From: Macrostomum lignano
Lineage: Eukaryota
DNA length: 64,000 bases
Assembly (NCBI GenBank): GCA_002269645.1
Contig: NIVC01000333.1
Location: forward strand, 1 to 64,000
Reading direction: 5' to 3'
The notes beneath the pieces are model-generated. The model was not told the DNA's origin, did not search any database, and was given only the letters and a program-made list of their open reading frames with translations. The position numbers were made by a program, and so were the translations under genes. This document shows, piece after piece, positions 12,588 to 33,800 of this stretch (positions are counted from its first letter, which is position 1; each line of letters begins with the position of its first letter).

Positions 12588-13959
12588 TAAACACACGCTC
12601 ACACAGGGTGTACCGCGGCCCTGACTTTCCAATTGGTCAGGCATGTACACTCTGTGTGCCTTGGTGTGGCACAAGTCAGACGCGTTTACCACTAAGTTGC
12701 CCTGCCTCATCTCTACCTATAAAAATCAAAACTCTGTGTGTGTGTGTGTGTGTGGACAATTTTGATCGCTATGGACTCCCAAACCGCTCAACCAAATTAC
12801 ACCAAACTTTACACCCACCCTAAACTTACTACGGAGAATGTCTTAGGCTACCTTTTAATTTCCTAGACTCAAGTCTTCCTACCTAAAAGTGCAAAAAACT
12901 GCTCAAAATGCGCGATTTTTTCACTAAATCCTCCATAGCGCCGCTCCACTTCTACCGATTCTCTTCAAATTTGACACAGACAATTTTCAACTATTTTGAC
13001 ACAATCGTGTAAAATTTCAAATCTCAAAGTTAATCCTGAGCGGTGCTGTGCACTTTTAAAGTTAGGCTGTTTTTTCAGCGTAGCAACCACCCCAACCTCC
13101 GCCCGCCTGCCTCTCTTTCCCGATCTGGACCCTGATGTGTAAAAGGGTTTCAAAATTGACTAACTTTCAGCTGCCATAAGTTTGCTCCACGTAAAGCGAT
13201 TGACTTCAAACTTGACACAATTCTTTATTGACTCATTCTCTGTCTAAATGTAAAGTTTCAACTCTGTAACTCAACCGAAAAAGAAACTGTAAGCATGTGA
13301 AGTTTGTCTGCTTTTTCTGTTGTTTGTGGCGCTCAACTCACTCATTCCCGCAGTCCAGACGAAGGGTGAGGCGATAGGGCTCAATGTACATAGCGAATGT
13401 ACAGTGTTTTGGAATAGCTTTATTTATAACCTTCTCTGCACCCCGAGAGTGGAGAGGCTACGTTTAGCCATAACAGTTTAGTGAGAAATTCTAACCACTG
13501 CCCTCCCCTCTGTATTGGCAAACTCTGCAGCAGTTTAACACTGGATGGCAATTGGCAAATCGAGGGAATCCAGCATGGTTTGTAAAAGCGAAAGATTTAT
13601 GAAAAGGCGATGCGATGCAATGCAATATAACCCTACTAAATTAGGCACACCATGGAAATTTTAGGTTTCTTTTAAAGGTACTGTGTAAATTTTAAATGGC
13701 CTCCTAAGAAATGCGTATTTCCTTGGTTGTTAGACTGATGCAGACTGCAGTGGAGCTGAAGATACAAAAATTCTTTTCAGGGCTTGCAAATTGTCAAGAA
13801 AGATGACATGATCAAAGCATGAGAACAGCCATGAGAGTACTACGTCCCACAAACTGGCTTTCCAAGCAGGAATGGGCAGACTTTTACCTCTAAGTCCAGA
13901 AAAGAATCCAGCTTATGGCTGAGGGCAGTTGAGAGTGGGGAGAAGAAGGAATAGACTAT

Positions 13960-15460
<1,501 letters not shown>

Positions 15461-16159
15461 GTCAGGGAGAGACCAGAGTTTAGCAATATATGTTTTAGAG
15501 TCAGACAGACATTGCCTGACATTCTGCGCAGTACCCCAGCCAACAATATCAACGTTTGCCTCAAACCCTAATTTTACACGAATGTGCTCCATTTTATGTC
15601 TACCTCTATCCTACTATTAATTTGTTAGTGTATGGCCTTAGATTTCAGAATACATGCAAAAGTAGTTCCGGAGATTAGAATTCCCCGGGTTCAAAATCCG
15701 CGGGTTTCAACAGCTTGTTTTTTCTATAATATCTAGATAATATTTATTTTACTTATTGATTTCAGTACTTAAAATACTCTTTTTACTATTAGTACTCAAA
15801 AATTGTTTTCAATTGTAAACAGGCAAACAGGTTTTTCTAGAAATTTCCAGAGACTGATAAATACCCCATCAAAGTGCTGGTACCCGCATATGACACAATA
15901 CTGATCCATCTAGAACCTCCGCACTGCCAAGTAAACTGCTCTATCAGCCAGCTCAAGCACCTGTGTACTTTCAAAAGTCACGTGACAGCTCCATTTATTG
16001 GTGTTACATAAACATGTATTGAATGAGAGCTTGTCCCGGCATGGACAGCTAAAGCACTCGCAAGTTTTGCGAGCGGCTCACTGAATATCCCTTGTCGCTA
16101 TTAAAGCTTTTCCATTTTTGGCACACTGTGACAAACAAGCAACTAAATTCGTAGTTATG

Positions 16160-16432
16160 TGCTGAGGTGGAGGGTGTCTCCAGATTGAGGTGGAGGGTGT
16201 CTCCAGACTGAGGTGGAGGGTGTCTCCAGACTGAGGTGGAGGGTGTCTCCAGACTGAAGTGGAGGGTGTCTCAAGGCTGAGGTGGAGGGTGTCTCAAGGC
16301 TGAGGTGGAAGGTGTCTCAAGGCTGAGGTGGAAGGTGTCTCAAGGCTGAGGTGGAGGGTGTCTCAAGGCTGAGGTGGAGGGTGTCTCAAGGCTGAGGTGG
16401 AGGGTGTCTCAAGGCTGAGGTGGAGGGTGTCC
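16160..16432. repeat. Minisatellite, 23 bp unit, same as the array at 10999-11360
   Basis: GGCTGAGGTGGAGGGTGTCTCAA tandem copies. Confidence 0.95.
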
Positions 16433-17264
16433 TAAGACGCATCTCAATTCTCATCATACCAAAAATGTTGAGGTTAAACAAAAGCACAGATCTTTGCAAA
16501 ATCCGTTTAGAAAACAAAACTCTCTAAATTTATGTTTTGGGAATTATGTTTTATTTTAAACTGAACGTGCATGCATAGTTTATAGCACATAATAAGTGCA
16601 ATCCAGGCTACCTTACTGATATATGGCGGTGTTTGAGTCAGCGACAGTTTTATAGTCTCATAGGACTCCAACCCTACTTATTATGACCAGCAGCTACCTA
16701 AGCTAATGAAATTTCCATACGCGATCGTTCCCTCCATTTCATTATGAAATTAACCGGTATGGGAATCTGGGTTGAGTTCAGGCCCGCAGGCTCATGCTGC
16801 TGACTACAGGCATATTTCTCTCACTGGCCCTAAATCTTTCCAGTGCAAACGCATGTAGAGGCTCGATTAAGACTGATTATTTATGCGTCCGCAGGCGCGC
16901 CCGGCAAACAGGATAAATGAGTCAGTATTGTGCAGTTAATAGGACAGTCTTACCTTACTCAGCTATGCTAATCTCGTATCCCGTATGTAGGCCAGCGCAG
17001 TTTTCAGACATCTGCCCTGTCAATCGGTTGCTACTGTATGGAAATCTGTCAGCCTCTTTTTTGATCGGATCTTTTCCATTCAAACCGCTGGAACCTCAGC
17101 AGTTATGCGACTGAACCTGGTTAATGCTGAGGGCGCAATCTTAAAATATAACAACTGCTGCCGCACATATTCTCAGGATGAGATTATCAATATAAATATT
17201 CTCCCAGGACGATGAAAGTACGAAATTCTCAGGTTGAGACTTTTCGTCAATAATTCTCATAAAG

Positions 17265-17585
17265 AGAGGCTTTCAGGGATGGTGTTCTCATGAAGAGAGA
17301 CTCTCAGGGATGGTGTTCTCATGAAGAGAGACTCTCAGGGGTGGTGTTCTCATGAAGAGAGACTCTCAGGGGTGGTGTTCTCATGAAGAGAGACTCTCAG
17401 GGGTGGTGTTCTCATGAAGAGAGACTCTCAGGGGTGGTGTTCTCATGAAGAGAGACTCTCAGGGATGGTGTTCTCATGAAGAGAGACTCTCAGGGATGGT
17501 GTTCTCATGAAGAGAGACTCTCAGGGGTGGTGTTCTCATGAAGAGAGACTCTCAGGGATGGTGTTCTCATGAAGAGAGACTCTAG
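17265..17585. repeat. Minisatellite, 31 bp unit (GAAGAGAGACTCTCAGGGRTGGTGTTCTCAT)
   Basis: About 10 tandem copies visible. Confidence 0.95.
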
Positions 17586-19044
17586 AGAGACTAAAATCAG
17601 GCCAATGAGAGGCCGCGTGACAACTCCACCGAGCATGATGTTGTACGCGAATTTGAGTGAACGGGCCAAGGCTGAAGGCTTAAAAGGCTTACTGCCAAGT
17701 CTTATCAGTGCCTGTAGCTCTAACTGTTTGCTTTAAGCAGGCATGGATGGGAGGGCTTTAGCTAATGTGTGCAGCCAGCAAATCTCAGTTTATCCGTGCT
17801 CAGCTCAAACAGAGTCAATAGTATAGACTCAAAAGCTCTAGCCAGCACAGATCGAGCACTTTGCGTCATCACCGCCTACCTGTGGCCAGGCTCTGCAATA
17901 GAAATACCGTACTGCTATGCACTTTTCGATCATATAAATTTTAACTAATGTAAAAATTGACAAAACTAAGAGTTAGTACTAAGTGAAGCTATTTTAGTAG
18001 AATTCATAAATGATAATATAGGGAAATACATTTTTAAAATACAATATAAGTCAATTAATGATTTACAACAATCAATTTTTTTTAAAGTTCTTCTTTAAAG
18101 AGTTGCCTGTACTTCTAAAGATTGAATTTAAAAATGAATTTACTATTCTCAGGATTTATGCTCCGACAACTGATAGTGACAGTATATCTGGAGAGGAGAG
18201 CTAGTCTAATCTCTAAAATCATGGAGCTCAAGTCATAGATTCTGGAGAGAAGAAGTGGCGATGCCCTAACTAAGCCATGATGATTCTGAAGAGGTAAACT
18301 GCGCATACACCATTATGGAGCTCTAATAATAGAATCTGGAGAGGCCAACTGGGGCATAAACTATTTTGGAGCTCGAATCATGCAATCTGGAGAGGCAAAC
18401 TGGCATAAACAATTATGGAGCTCTAATCATAGAATCTGGAGAGGTTACCTGGGCGCAGAAAATATGGAGCTCTAATCACAGAATCTGGAGATGGACTCTG
18501 ATTTGCACATTTAGAATTTATCAGAAATAATATTGGTTCCTAATAGACAAGAACATTCTGAAAGTGCACAAATCAGTAAAACAATTGATTACAAACAAGG
18601 AGCACGTTTACCATATGCACAATAGTGAAAAATGAAAATGCACAGATGAAAGTTAGAACAGATAATTTTATACACAACACAAGCAAGAATATGGGACACA
18701 GAACTCAGTATTAAATGTAAATTAAACGAGACAAGCATTCCATTTGACGGCATCAATGATTATGACAGAATTGAAACTTTAAAATGTTAAATGTTAATTT
18801 CTAATTGCAAAGCTTTTCGAAACTATGAAAATATCATTACAAAATCGATGAGTGCGAGGTTCTAAAATCGTGAAAAAGTTTATGAAGGACTGTCATAAAT
18901 GTTCACAAAACTCATGTAATTTTATTTTATATCGGTATCTCGCGAATGCACGGGAAAAGCATGCCTGTCGTGGACTACCGCAGTTCATGGAATTTGGACC
19001 ATCGTCCAAATTTTAAAACAGACCGACACGCAGAGGGACACCCA

Positions 19045-19410
19045 CCCCCAAAAACTTCACCCCAAGAACACCCACTCCCACAAACACCAACCCCCACAAT
19101 CACCCGTTTCCCAACTTAACGCACACCCCACAAACACCCATTCCCCATCAACGCACGCCCCACAAACACTCATCCCCCATCAACGCACACCCCACAAACA
19201 CCTATCCCCCAAAAATTCACACCCCACAAACACCCATCCCCCAACAACGCATACCCCACAAACACCCATCCCCAACAACGCATACCCCACAAACACCCAT
19301 CCCCCAACAACGCACACCCCACAAACACCCGTCCCCCAACAACGCACACCCCACAAACACCCGTCCCCCAACAACGCACACCCCACAAACACCCGTCCCC
19401 AACAACAGCG
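19045..19410. repeat. C/A-rich minisatellite, about 32 bp unit (CAAACACCCATCCCCCAACAACGCACACCCCA)
   Basis: Tandem copies just downstream of the NCS stop codon. Confidence 0.9.
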
Positions 19411-19541
19411 CTTTCCTGCTATTGCATTTAAGAAACAAAAAAGGACTCCACTAAAAATACAAAGTTTTGGAGTTCAGCGTCCTTGTTATTTAGTAGTCCT
19501 TGCAGAAATACAGCTTGAATTATGACCGATGCACCAGGTCG

Positions 19542-26632
<7,091 letters not shown>

Positions 26633-27944
26633 GGGCCGATGGGGGCTGATGCAAGCCGGGTAATTCGTCTAAAATTATATAGAATAATACCGCTAAAATA
26701 AACTAATAAAATGCCAGTATATTATTCTTTGTGTGCATTATTCTTCATTTAATTTTTTTATGAAAACTAAACAGTAAAATAATAATTGCTAAATTCCATA
26801 GTTTAAAATGGAAATCATACAATAATATATACTATGAACATATCTTACTTAAGCAGCAATTTTAAGAAAAAATTTCCATGAAAATATTTCTCAAAACTCA
26901 CAAACTCTATAAGTAACACCTCAATATTCAACAACTGACATTTTATTTAAACTGTTTTTTTCACCCAGGAATGAATACATTTCTGTTTCGGCCATTCAAA
27001 AGTTAGTTACAAATAATCTGCATGCTATACATGTAAATGCTACAATGTACATGCATTTTTAAATGCAACTTACCAGACTCCAATTCCTGGGGGAAACAGT
27101 GAGATGTCTTGTTGTTTGAATTTTTTTAGTATTGTTATCCTATGATGCTTTTTTATACCGTTGCAAAAAACTTTAGGTCGTATGAACAAATTCTACAATG
27201 AAATTATGTTACTATCTGCCTCCACTGTATTGACTGTCACATTGACATTTGCGCAGCAAACCGTTCTTTGCAATTAGAAAAAAATTGAGTGCTTCCTTCT
27301 CGTTTTCTGTCAAATATCTTTTTAGGCAAGGGAGCATTGCTGCTTCTACGTACTTGTAGACTTAATGCAAGGATGTATCGAGAAAGTTTAAAAAAGTCCT
27401 TTACATTTTATCGATGAAAATTATAACAAAGTTTGAACTAACCTTTGTAGGCATGCTTAACTAAATTACCTTTGTAAAACACGTACAGCGAATTTTATTT
27501 CGATATGCTTTAAATATTATTTAAGTTATATTTTTATTGTTAACAGTGAAGACGGGCATAATAACGGATGGCAAGGCATATTAGGTGATTTCGGTCTTCA
27601 ATGTACCCTAATTCCTAATGAGTCGCAATTTACATGCGCGTCGATGTCAGCGGTAAAATATCCAGGGAAAACGGAATGCTGAGAAAGGTAAACTAATCGT
27701 GATTGCAAAGTTGTGATTTATGCGAAATAATCGATTTACTTGAAAAAAAACGTTTAAAATAATGACAAGACCAATTTAACATGAAAAATCAATCATGCTT
27801 AGAGCAGCATGTGAGACACAAAATAGTGTGATTAGGACTTTCTCTGACACTGTTAAGAGACCCAATCACTGTTTTAGTGTTGAAAATCGTGAAATTTCCA
27901 ATCTCCGTAGTGTATTTTTCCGGTGAAACCTGCCTTTAAAACTA

Positions 27945-28177
27945 TTTCTGAACGAAAAGCTTTATGAATATCGATAGAGCAATAAGAAAGGCACAACATA
28001 TCAAAAGATGAACACTGGATCTGCCTCCTATCAAAAGCAATAACAATTTTTGTGCTGAAAAAATTAAAACCTCCTATCTCTGTAGTGTATTTTTCGGCGA
28101 AAAGTTGCCTTCAAAACATTTACCATAGATTTCGAGTGTTGCGTCCTATATATATGTTACTACTTGAGTAGTCCTTG
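27945..28177. mobile_element. Solo arm / partial copy of the long-TIR MITE family at 37050-37737
   Basis: Shares TTTCTGAACGAAAAGCTTTA..ATCGATAGAGCAATAA..GGCACAACATATCAAAAGAT..GGATCTGCCTCCTATCAAA and ends in CTACTTGAGTAGTCCTTG. Confidence 0.8.
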
Positions 28178-28677
28178 TATCACATCAGCAAAAAATCTAG
28201 AGAATCAATCTCTTAGCTTTTTTATAAATCACTACTTTAACTTTCCCCAGTAGTCGTATCTATAGTTGGTCCCCAAAAATTATCAAAGATGATTGTGCAT
28301 GGTACATGTAATTAATTAGCTCCTATCAGTGTACGAGCGTCGAGCGTATTGCAGCTTTTTTACTATCCGATGAACTATACGGACGATTGATTTACAAACA
28401 GAGCGATGTACGACTAAATCTTAGCTACTTTCTACATGTATAGATGCAAAATATGAGAGTACACAATAAGCGGTTTTAGTTGCGCATCGAAACCTCCCAT
28501 TAGAAAATATTCTCTAAGCCCCTGGAGGCGGAATTCGTACACACGCTTTGTATTGAACAACGATTTACTGAACGACTCTCACACGTACCGAATTAAGTTG
28601 ATGGATTCGATTCCGTTCGCGGCAACATTAATATTTGCCTCTTACACGAAAATTGTCCTGCTGGGGCTTAATATTGT

Positions 28678-28860
28678 CGTGTAATTCATCGGCCATGGGT
28701 GCGCGCCGCCACCGAGGTTGCATCGTGTAATTCATCGGCCATGGGTGCGCGCCGCCACCGAGGTTGCATCGTGTAATTCATCGGCCATGGGTGCGCGCCG
28801 CCACCGAGGTTGCATCGTGTAATTCATCGGCCATGGGTGCGCGCCGCCACCGAGGTTGCA
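28678..28860. repeat. GC-rich 46-bp tandem repeat, 4 copies
   Basis: GTAATTCATCGGCCATGGGTGCGCGCCGCCACCGAGGTTGCATCGT at 28681, 28727, 28773 and 28819; no spacers. Confidence 0.95.
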
Positions 28861-29346
28861 AAGCAGTTTTTATGCCCAATTCCGCTGCATGATACCCGAT
28901 CATGCACGCACGTCGCACACGCACGATACGCTCCATGTACGCAGACGCCCTCGGCCAAACAAAGTGCACTGCAGTTGCATCATTCATTACTCGTATCAGC
29001 AAGCTAGCATATATAAACATATGTAGACAGTAATTTCATTTGGGATAATGCGACTGTCGATCGCAGCTCGATTTTTGGCGATGCCCAAAAGATCCCTTCT
29101 GTAGACTACATGTACAATGTAGGAGGGTGTTTCCGAGACCTTTAGCCATATTACGAGTACTTTTTCCCGGCCCTTTGCATAGAAATTCCGAACACAATTA
29201 TTAACGAGTATGTATTCATTTTTGAATCAATCTGGCTAATTACGTTCTATATATTCTGTAAACTTCTTTTTTATATGAAAAAATGCAAGCTGCTAAGAAT
29301 ACCCGAGCAGGTATTTTGATACTATATGACCATTTCAGCATACAAC

Positions 29347-29525
29347 CAGGGACTACTCAAACACCGGGACGGGAAACTAGGATTTTTTTACGAGGCTGGT
29401 CTATCATCAGCAGTAGAAAATAACCATAGACAACAAAGTAACACAGCATCTCTCTAATGAAAATAATTGCCAGCCAGCCTCGTAAAAAATTTTTGTTTCC
29501 CGTCCAGGTGTTTGAGTAGTCCCTG
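29347..29525. mobile_element. Short palindromic MITE with CAGGGACTACTCAAA termini
   Basis: TIR CAGGGACTACTCAAACACC..GGACGGGAAAC versus GTTTCCCGTCC..GGTGTTTGAGTAGTCCCTG, plus an inner inverted match TTTTTTACGAGGCTGG / CCAGCCTCGTAAAAAA. No TSD seen. Confidence 0.75.
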
Positions 29526-30837
29526 TACCCGAGCCTAGCCATCATGTGCATGTTCTTTCTCTGACAGGAAGGGACCAAGCCAGGAAGGGGTCCATGAGAA
29601 TTGCCCGTCGAGATTTGTCCGCCCAGCTTTTCCAGCCGAGATTTGCCCGCAATGCTTTTTCCTGTAGCGCATTAGCCACGCGGCAGATCTTGTCTGCATT
29701 GCCCCCATGCTTAGTAATTGTCTTACATGTAATAAAAGATTTTACCCGATGGTTGCAGTATGGTCGCCAACCAGAACCAAAAATGAACAATCCCGCTAGC
29801 TCGGTAGGTTGTCAGCTAGCCCAGTAGGTTGTCAGCTCTCCCGGAGACTACCCAGGCTACCCAGTCAAGGCCCATACTGTTCCCTGGGTGATCCACATTG
29901 ACTTCCGCGAATCAGACAGATCGATCAAACGCCGTCTATTACGCTGACCTACTCAGGTGGGCCAATTTGCCACAAAAACTATAGCTGAGAAACGGCCTGG
30001 AAAGCTCGGGCTCATGCATGCTCGGGGCAGCTTCTCCACAGTGACAATGCCCGGCCTCAACCGATCGTCTGGATCCCTTCGGGCACTATTTTATCTACCT
30101 GACTGAGGTGAAACACAAGCTGAACGCATGACTACACCAATAAGCTTCTTATTGGACGGCCTTCGCAAGTTCGTGCGTCAAGAGGTCAAGAGGCTTGCAA
30201 CAACTTTCTCTAATTTGAGTTCTTATTTCGAGCAACTGAATTCCTGTAGTAAGTAACTTGAGAAGCATTGAAATTATTGAAATTACTTCATGCCCAGACT
30301 GTGAGTAGTGGCAGTCCAAGGACACACAAAATCGTGGCTTCATTTATTGTTATTTTTAACGTCTGAGACACAGCAACAATTCTATGTACGCAAAACTAAT
30401 GGGCTAATTTGACAAAAAGGCTAGAGAAATACAAATACCCAAATAGCATTTTTAACTGATAACGCGAATAATAAATCAAAAAGGGCTTGAGAATAGTACA
30501 ATCATTCAGAGCAGGAGAGAGGAAAATGTTGACACAGGAAATACACCGAATTGCAAAATGATTAAAAAAACTCAACAAACAGAAGAAAAACTCTATTGTG
30601 ACTGCAATGTGATCTGCTACTTTTGTGATAACAATGACCCAAAACCGCTGCTAGTCCGCCACTGACAAGTAATATGCAGATTAAATTAAAGTTTGCAAAT
30701 CTGCAATAGCAATGGAAACTATTGAAGTTAAATATAAAGATAACCAACTAGTTAGTTTGAAGTCTTAAAGCAGAGCAATTGTCGGAAATTTTGATCCATA
30801 GGATGCAAATAATGATGCTGGTGCAGCCAAGCATGAA

Positions 30838-33800
30838 TCAGTTGCCCAGGTACGATCTGGAAATTTGATGAGGTAAATATTGTAAAAATGGTTTTCTTTT
30901 TTATATTAGAGTATATTGAGATTCCAGATAAGGAGATTAAAGATCCCAGATTAGTTTATTAGCATAACAGATTAGGATGATGGGATTCTAGATTAGGACA
31001 TTAAATTTCCAGATTAGGATATTAGAATAACAGATTAGGATATTATGATTCCAAATTAGGATATTAAATTTCCAGATTAGGATATTAGAACAGATTTGGG
31101 TATTAGGATTCTAGATTTGGATATTAGACTCCAGATTAGAATATTACTCGTAGGATTCTAGATTAGGATGGTGGATTCTAGATTAGGATATTGGGATTCT
31201 AGATTAGGATATTAGTATTCTAGATAAGGATTGGAATTCTAGATTAGGGCATTATTATTCTAGATTAGGATATTGGGATTCTAGATTAGGATACTGGGAT
31301 TCTAGATTAGGATATTGGGATTCTAGATTAGGATACTGGGATTCTAGATTAGGATACTGGGATTCTAGATTAGAATATTGGGATGCTAGATTACGAATAG
31401 GATATTTTGATTCCATATTAGGATAACTGGGATCTTTATGGGTCTTTGCCAGTAAAAGCTTCTTTCAGTTTATTGTCATAATCCTAGCCTTAATCCTACC
31501 AATGCCAAGCTCAACAAGCCTCAATAAACTTACGGCAGCTTGAACTTGATAAACACCCGGCTAACAAAGAATCCAACTAGGATGGCCAATAGGCCAATAG
31601 CCAATAGGATAATCCGGTTCAGCTTAGGCAGGCTAGGCTTGTTAGTCTGATCCAGAATGATGAAGCCGCAGCCGCCAAGCAGAAACATGAAGCTGGAGGC
31701 CAGGCCCTCCATGATGTATTGGCCATTGATACGGTAAGCCATGAAGGCAACCTGGATAAATAATAATGAGAAGTAATTTAAGAGTAAAAAGTATTAATCT
31801 TTAAGCAGATAACTGATGCATTAGATTTTAACTTACAGGCTTGCTCTTGCCATTGGCATCTGTAGTTGATCCAATTGATGGCGGCTCAACAATTACATCA
31901 TAGATGACACCTACAGATAGTACAAATAGTGACATAGATTAGATTACTGTAATATAGCCCATATTTAAGCCCATACTAAAACCTTCTAAGGTATAGATTT
32001 GGTAGCAAATAGTGATTATATTTTCACATAATTGTAGTTGATTTATTATGATTTAGTTTTTATAGACTTGCAATTAAGCAAATTTGTTATCTAAGGTTTA
32101 ACTAACAAAACTAATAAAATAATTAGCCATAAAAATAGTCTGTTAATAAGTATTAGTTCAATAATAAGCATTACTATTTACTAAGCATCAAGGTTTTTTT
32201 CTACTAACAAATCTTCAGTTCTCAAACAATAAACATTGGTAACATTATGCTTGTAAATTAGATTAAAATCTATCAATAAAACAATAAGAATATAAAGGGA
32301 CTTTTTAAAGGGACTATCATTTAAAGGGACTTCAATGTTATCTAAATAGCACCATAGCAAGGGTACATTTTTGGACTAGTATTTTCAAAGAATGCTATCA
32401 AGGAATGATATACTATAGACTTGCATTTTCACAAGTGCCAAAGCTATTGCAAAGGAGGTACTACAAGTTTTTGCAAATCTTAGCAAACATATTTTAATAT
32501 AATTCCTATTTAAAAAAACAAAAAACAATTGTGGATATATTTTTCTGTTCATTTCCTATGTACATTGCTTCTATAGTTAGGATCATGGCAACACCTGTAC
32601 CAGAACAAATCCTATAAAAAAGTTAGCTTGTGCTGTGTTTTGGAGCTATTCTTATCAAACAAGTTTGCTTATACTATGTATTAAACTATTCTTTGTCAGA
32701 AAAAACTACAACATACCACCAATTTTTACAATAATCTTGCAAGTATAACTTGTGTAACTATAAGTGTAAGAGAAATTGTCAACTTTAATAATAAAAGCTA
32801 AAGCCTAAATTTATTTTTTTTTGTTTTTTTAATATGTTTTATAGAAGCTACAATACTGATATATTTTAATTAAAAAAAGCAGTCAATATATTTTCTATTA
32901 GCAAAAATAATGTCAAATTAAAATATCTTATCCTATACCAAATTTCACTGATTTTTTGTCTTGTTCCATACGGTGTTGATTTTTTTCTTTGCATGCCATA
33001 GTCAAGAAAAATGCATATATGCTAAAAATCTCTAGGGTATGTTTAAGTATTTGGTATATACATTTACCAATTATATTGGCTAGTTATTGGCCAATTACAT
33101 TATAAATAATTGTCACAACAGTTGTCTATGCATTTATAATCATAAATTTTGATAACTAATTAATGCAAAACTAATTTCTTTGTTTTTTACAAGGTAAAGG
33201 TATGGATTTCTAACAAAAATATAAATTTTGATTTTTGTTCTTTATATACATGAAACATTATATAAATATAACTACTATTTTAGTTTCTAAGGTTCAAAGA
33301 AAATTGGTTGAACAGTTTCTTTCTGAAATCAATCACATACCTTTACCTACCTAGATATTGACAAACCAATTTTTAGTATATAGACTTTGTCTAATTGAAA
33401 TTGAATATAAAAATCACTAGTCTAATATAAACATTTCAAGACTGACAAATTTACAGCTTTGCATAAGGTACTATATTGGCATATAGAAAAATTTAGGTCC
33501 TCTTTTTTTCTAAGATATATATAGTGTTCCAAACTTGGCCTACATGCTAATATGCAAAAATGTACTAGCAAAATGCATGTGCAACACCTTTTTGCACTAT
33601 AATTTTTCTATGAAAAAGGTCATTTTTCTGTCTATGGCACTGCATATACATTTGTAATTAATAATTAATTACAAAACTGCTTCATAAAAAATCTAGAAAA
33701 ATTACAATGTTTTGTACAATTTAGATTTAGAAAATGCTTATAATTTTAATATATAAAGAACACCTTTGTCAGCTAAAATTATTTTTAAAATGCTTTTTGT

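Noticed and set aside
12520-12590. Possible tRNA gene
   Set aside because: It has A and B boxes, but it continues into a SINE body that is duplicated at 63077; I could not support a full cloverleaf
12700-13330. Possible Helitron/Helentron-like non-autonomous element (TCT..ATAAAA start, (TG)n, ACCAAACTT motifs)
   Set aside because: The architecture is suggestive, but I could not identify a 3' hairpin/CTAG end or a second copy
28678-28860. Possible CRISPR array
   Set aside because: The repeats are contiguous with no unique spacers, there are no cas genes, and the context is eukaryotic
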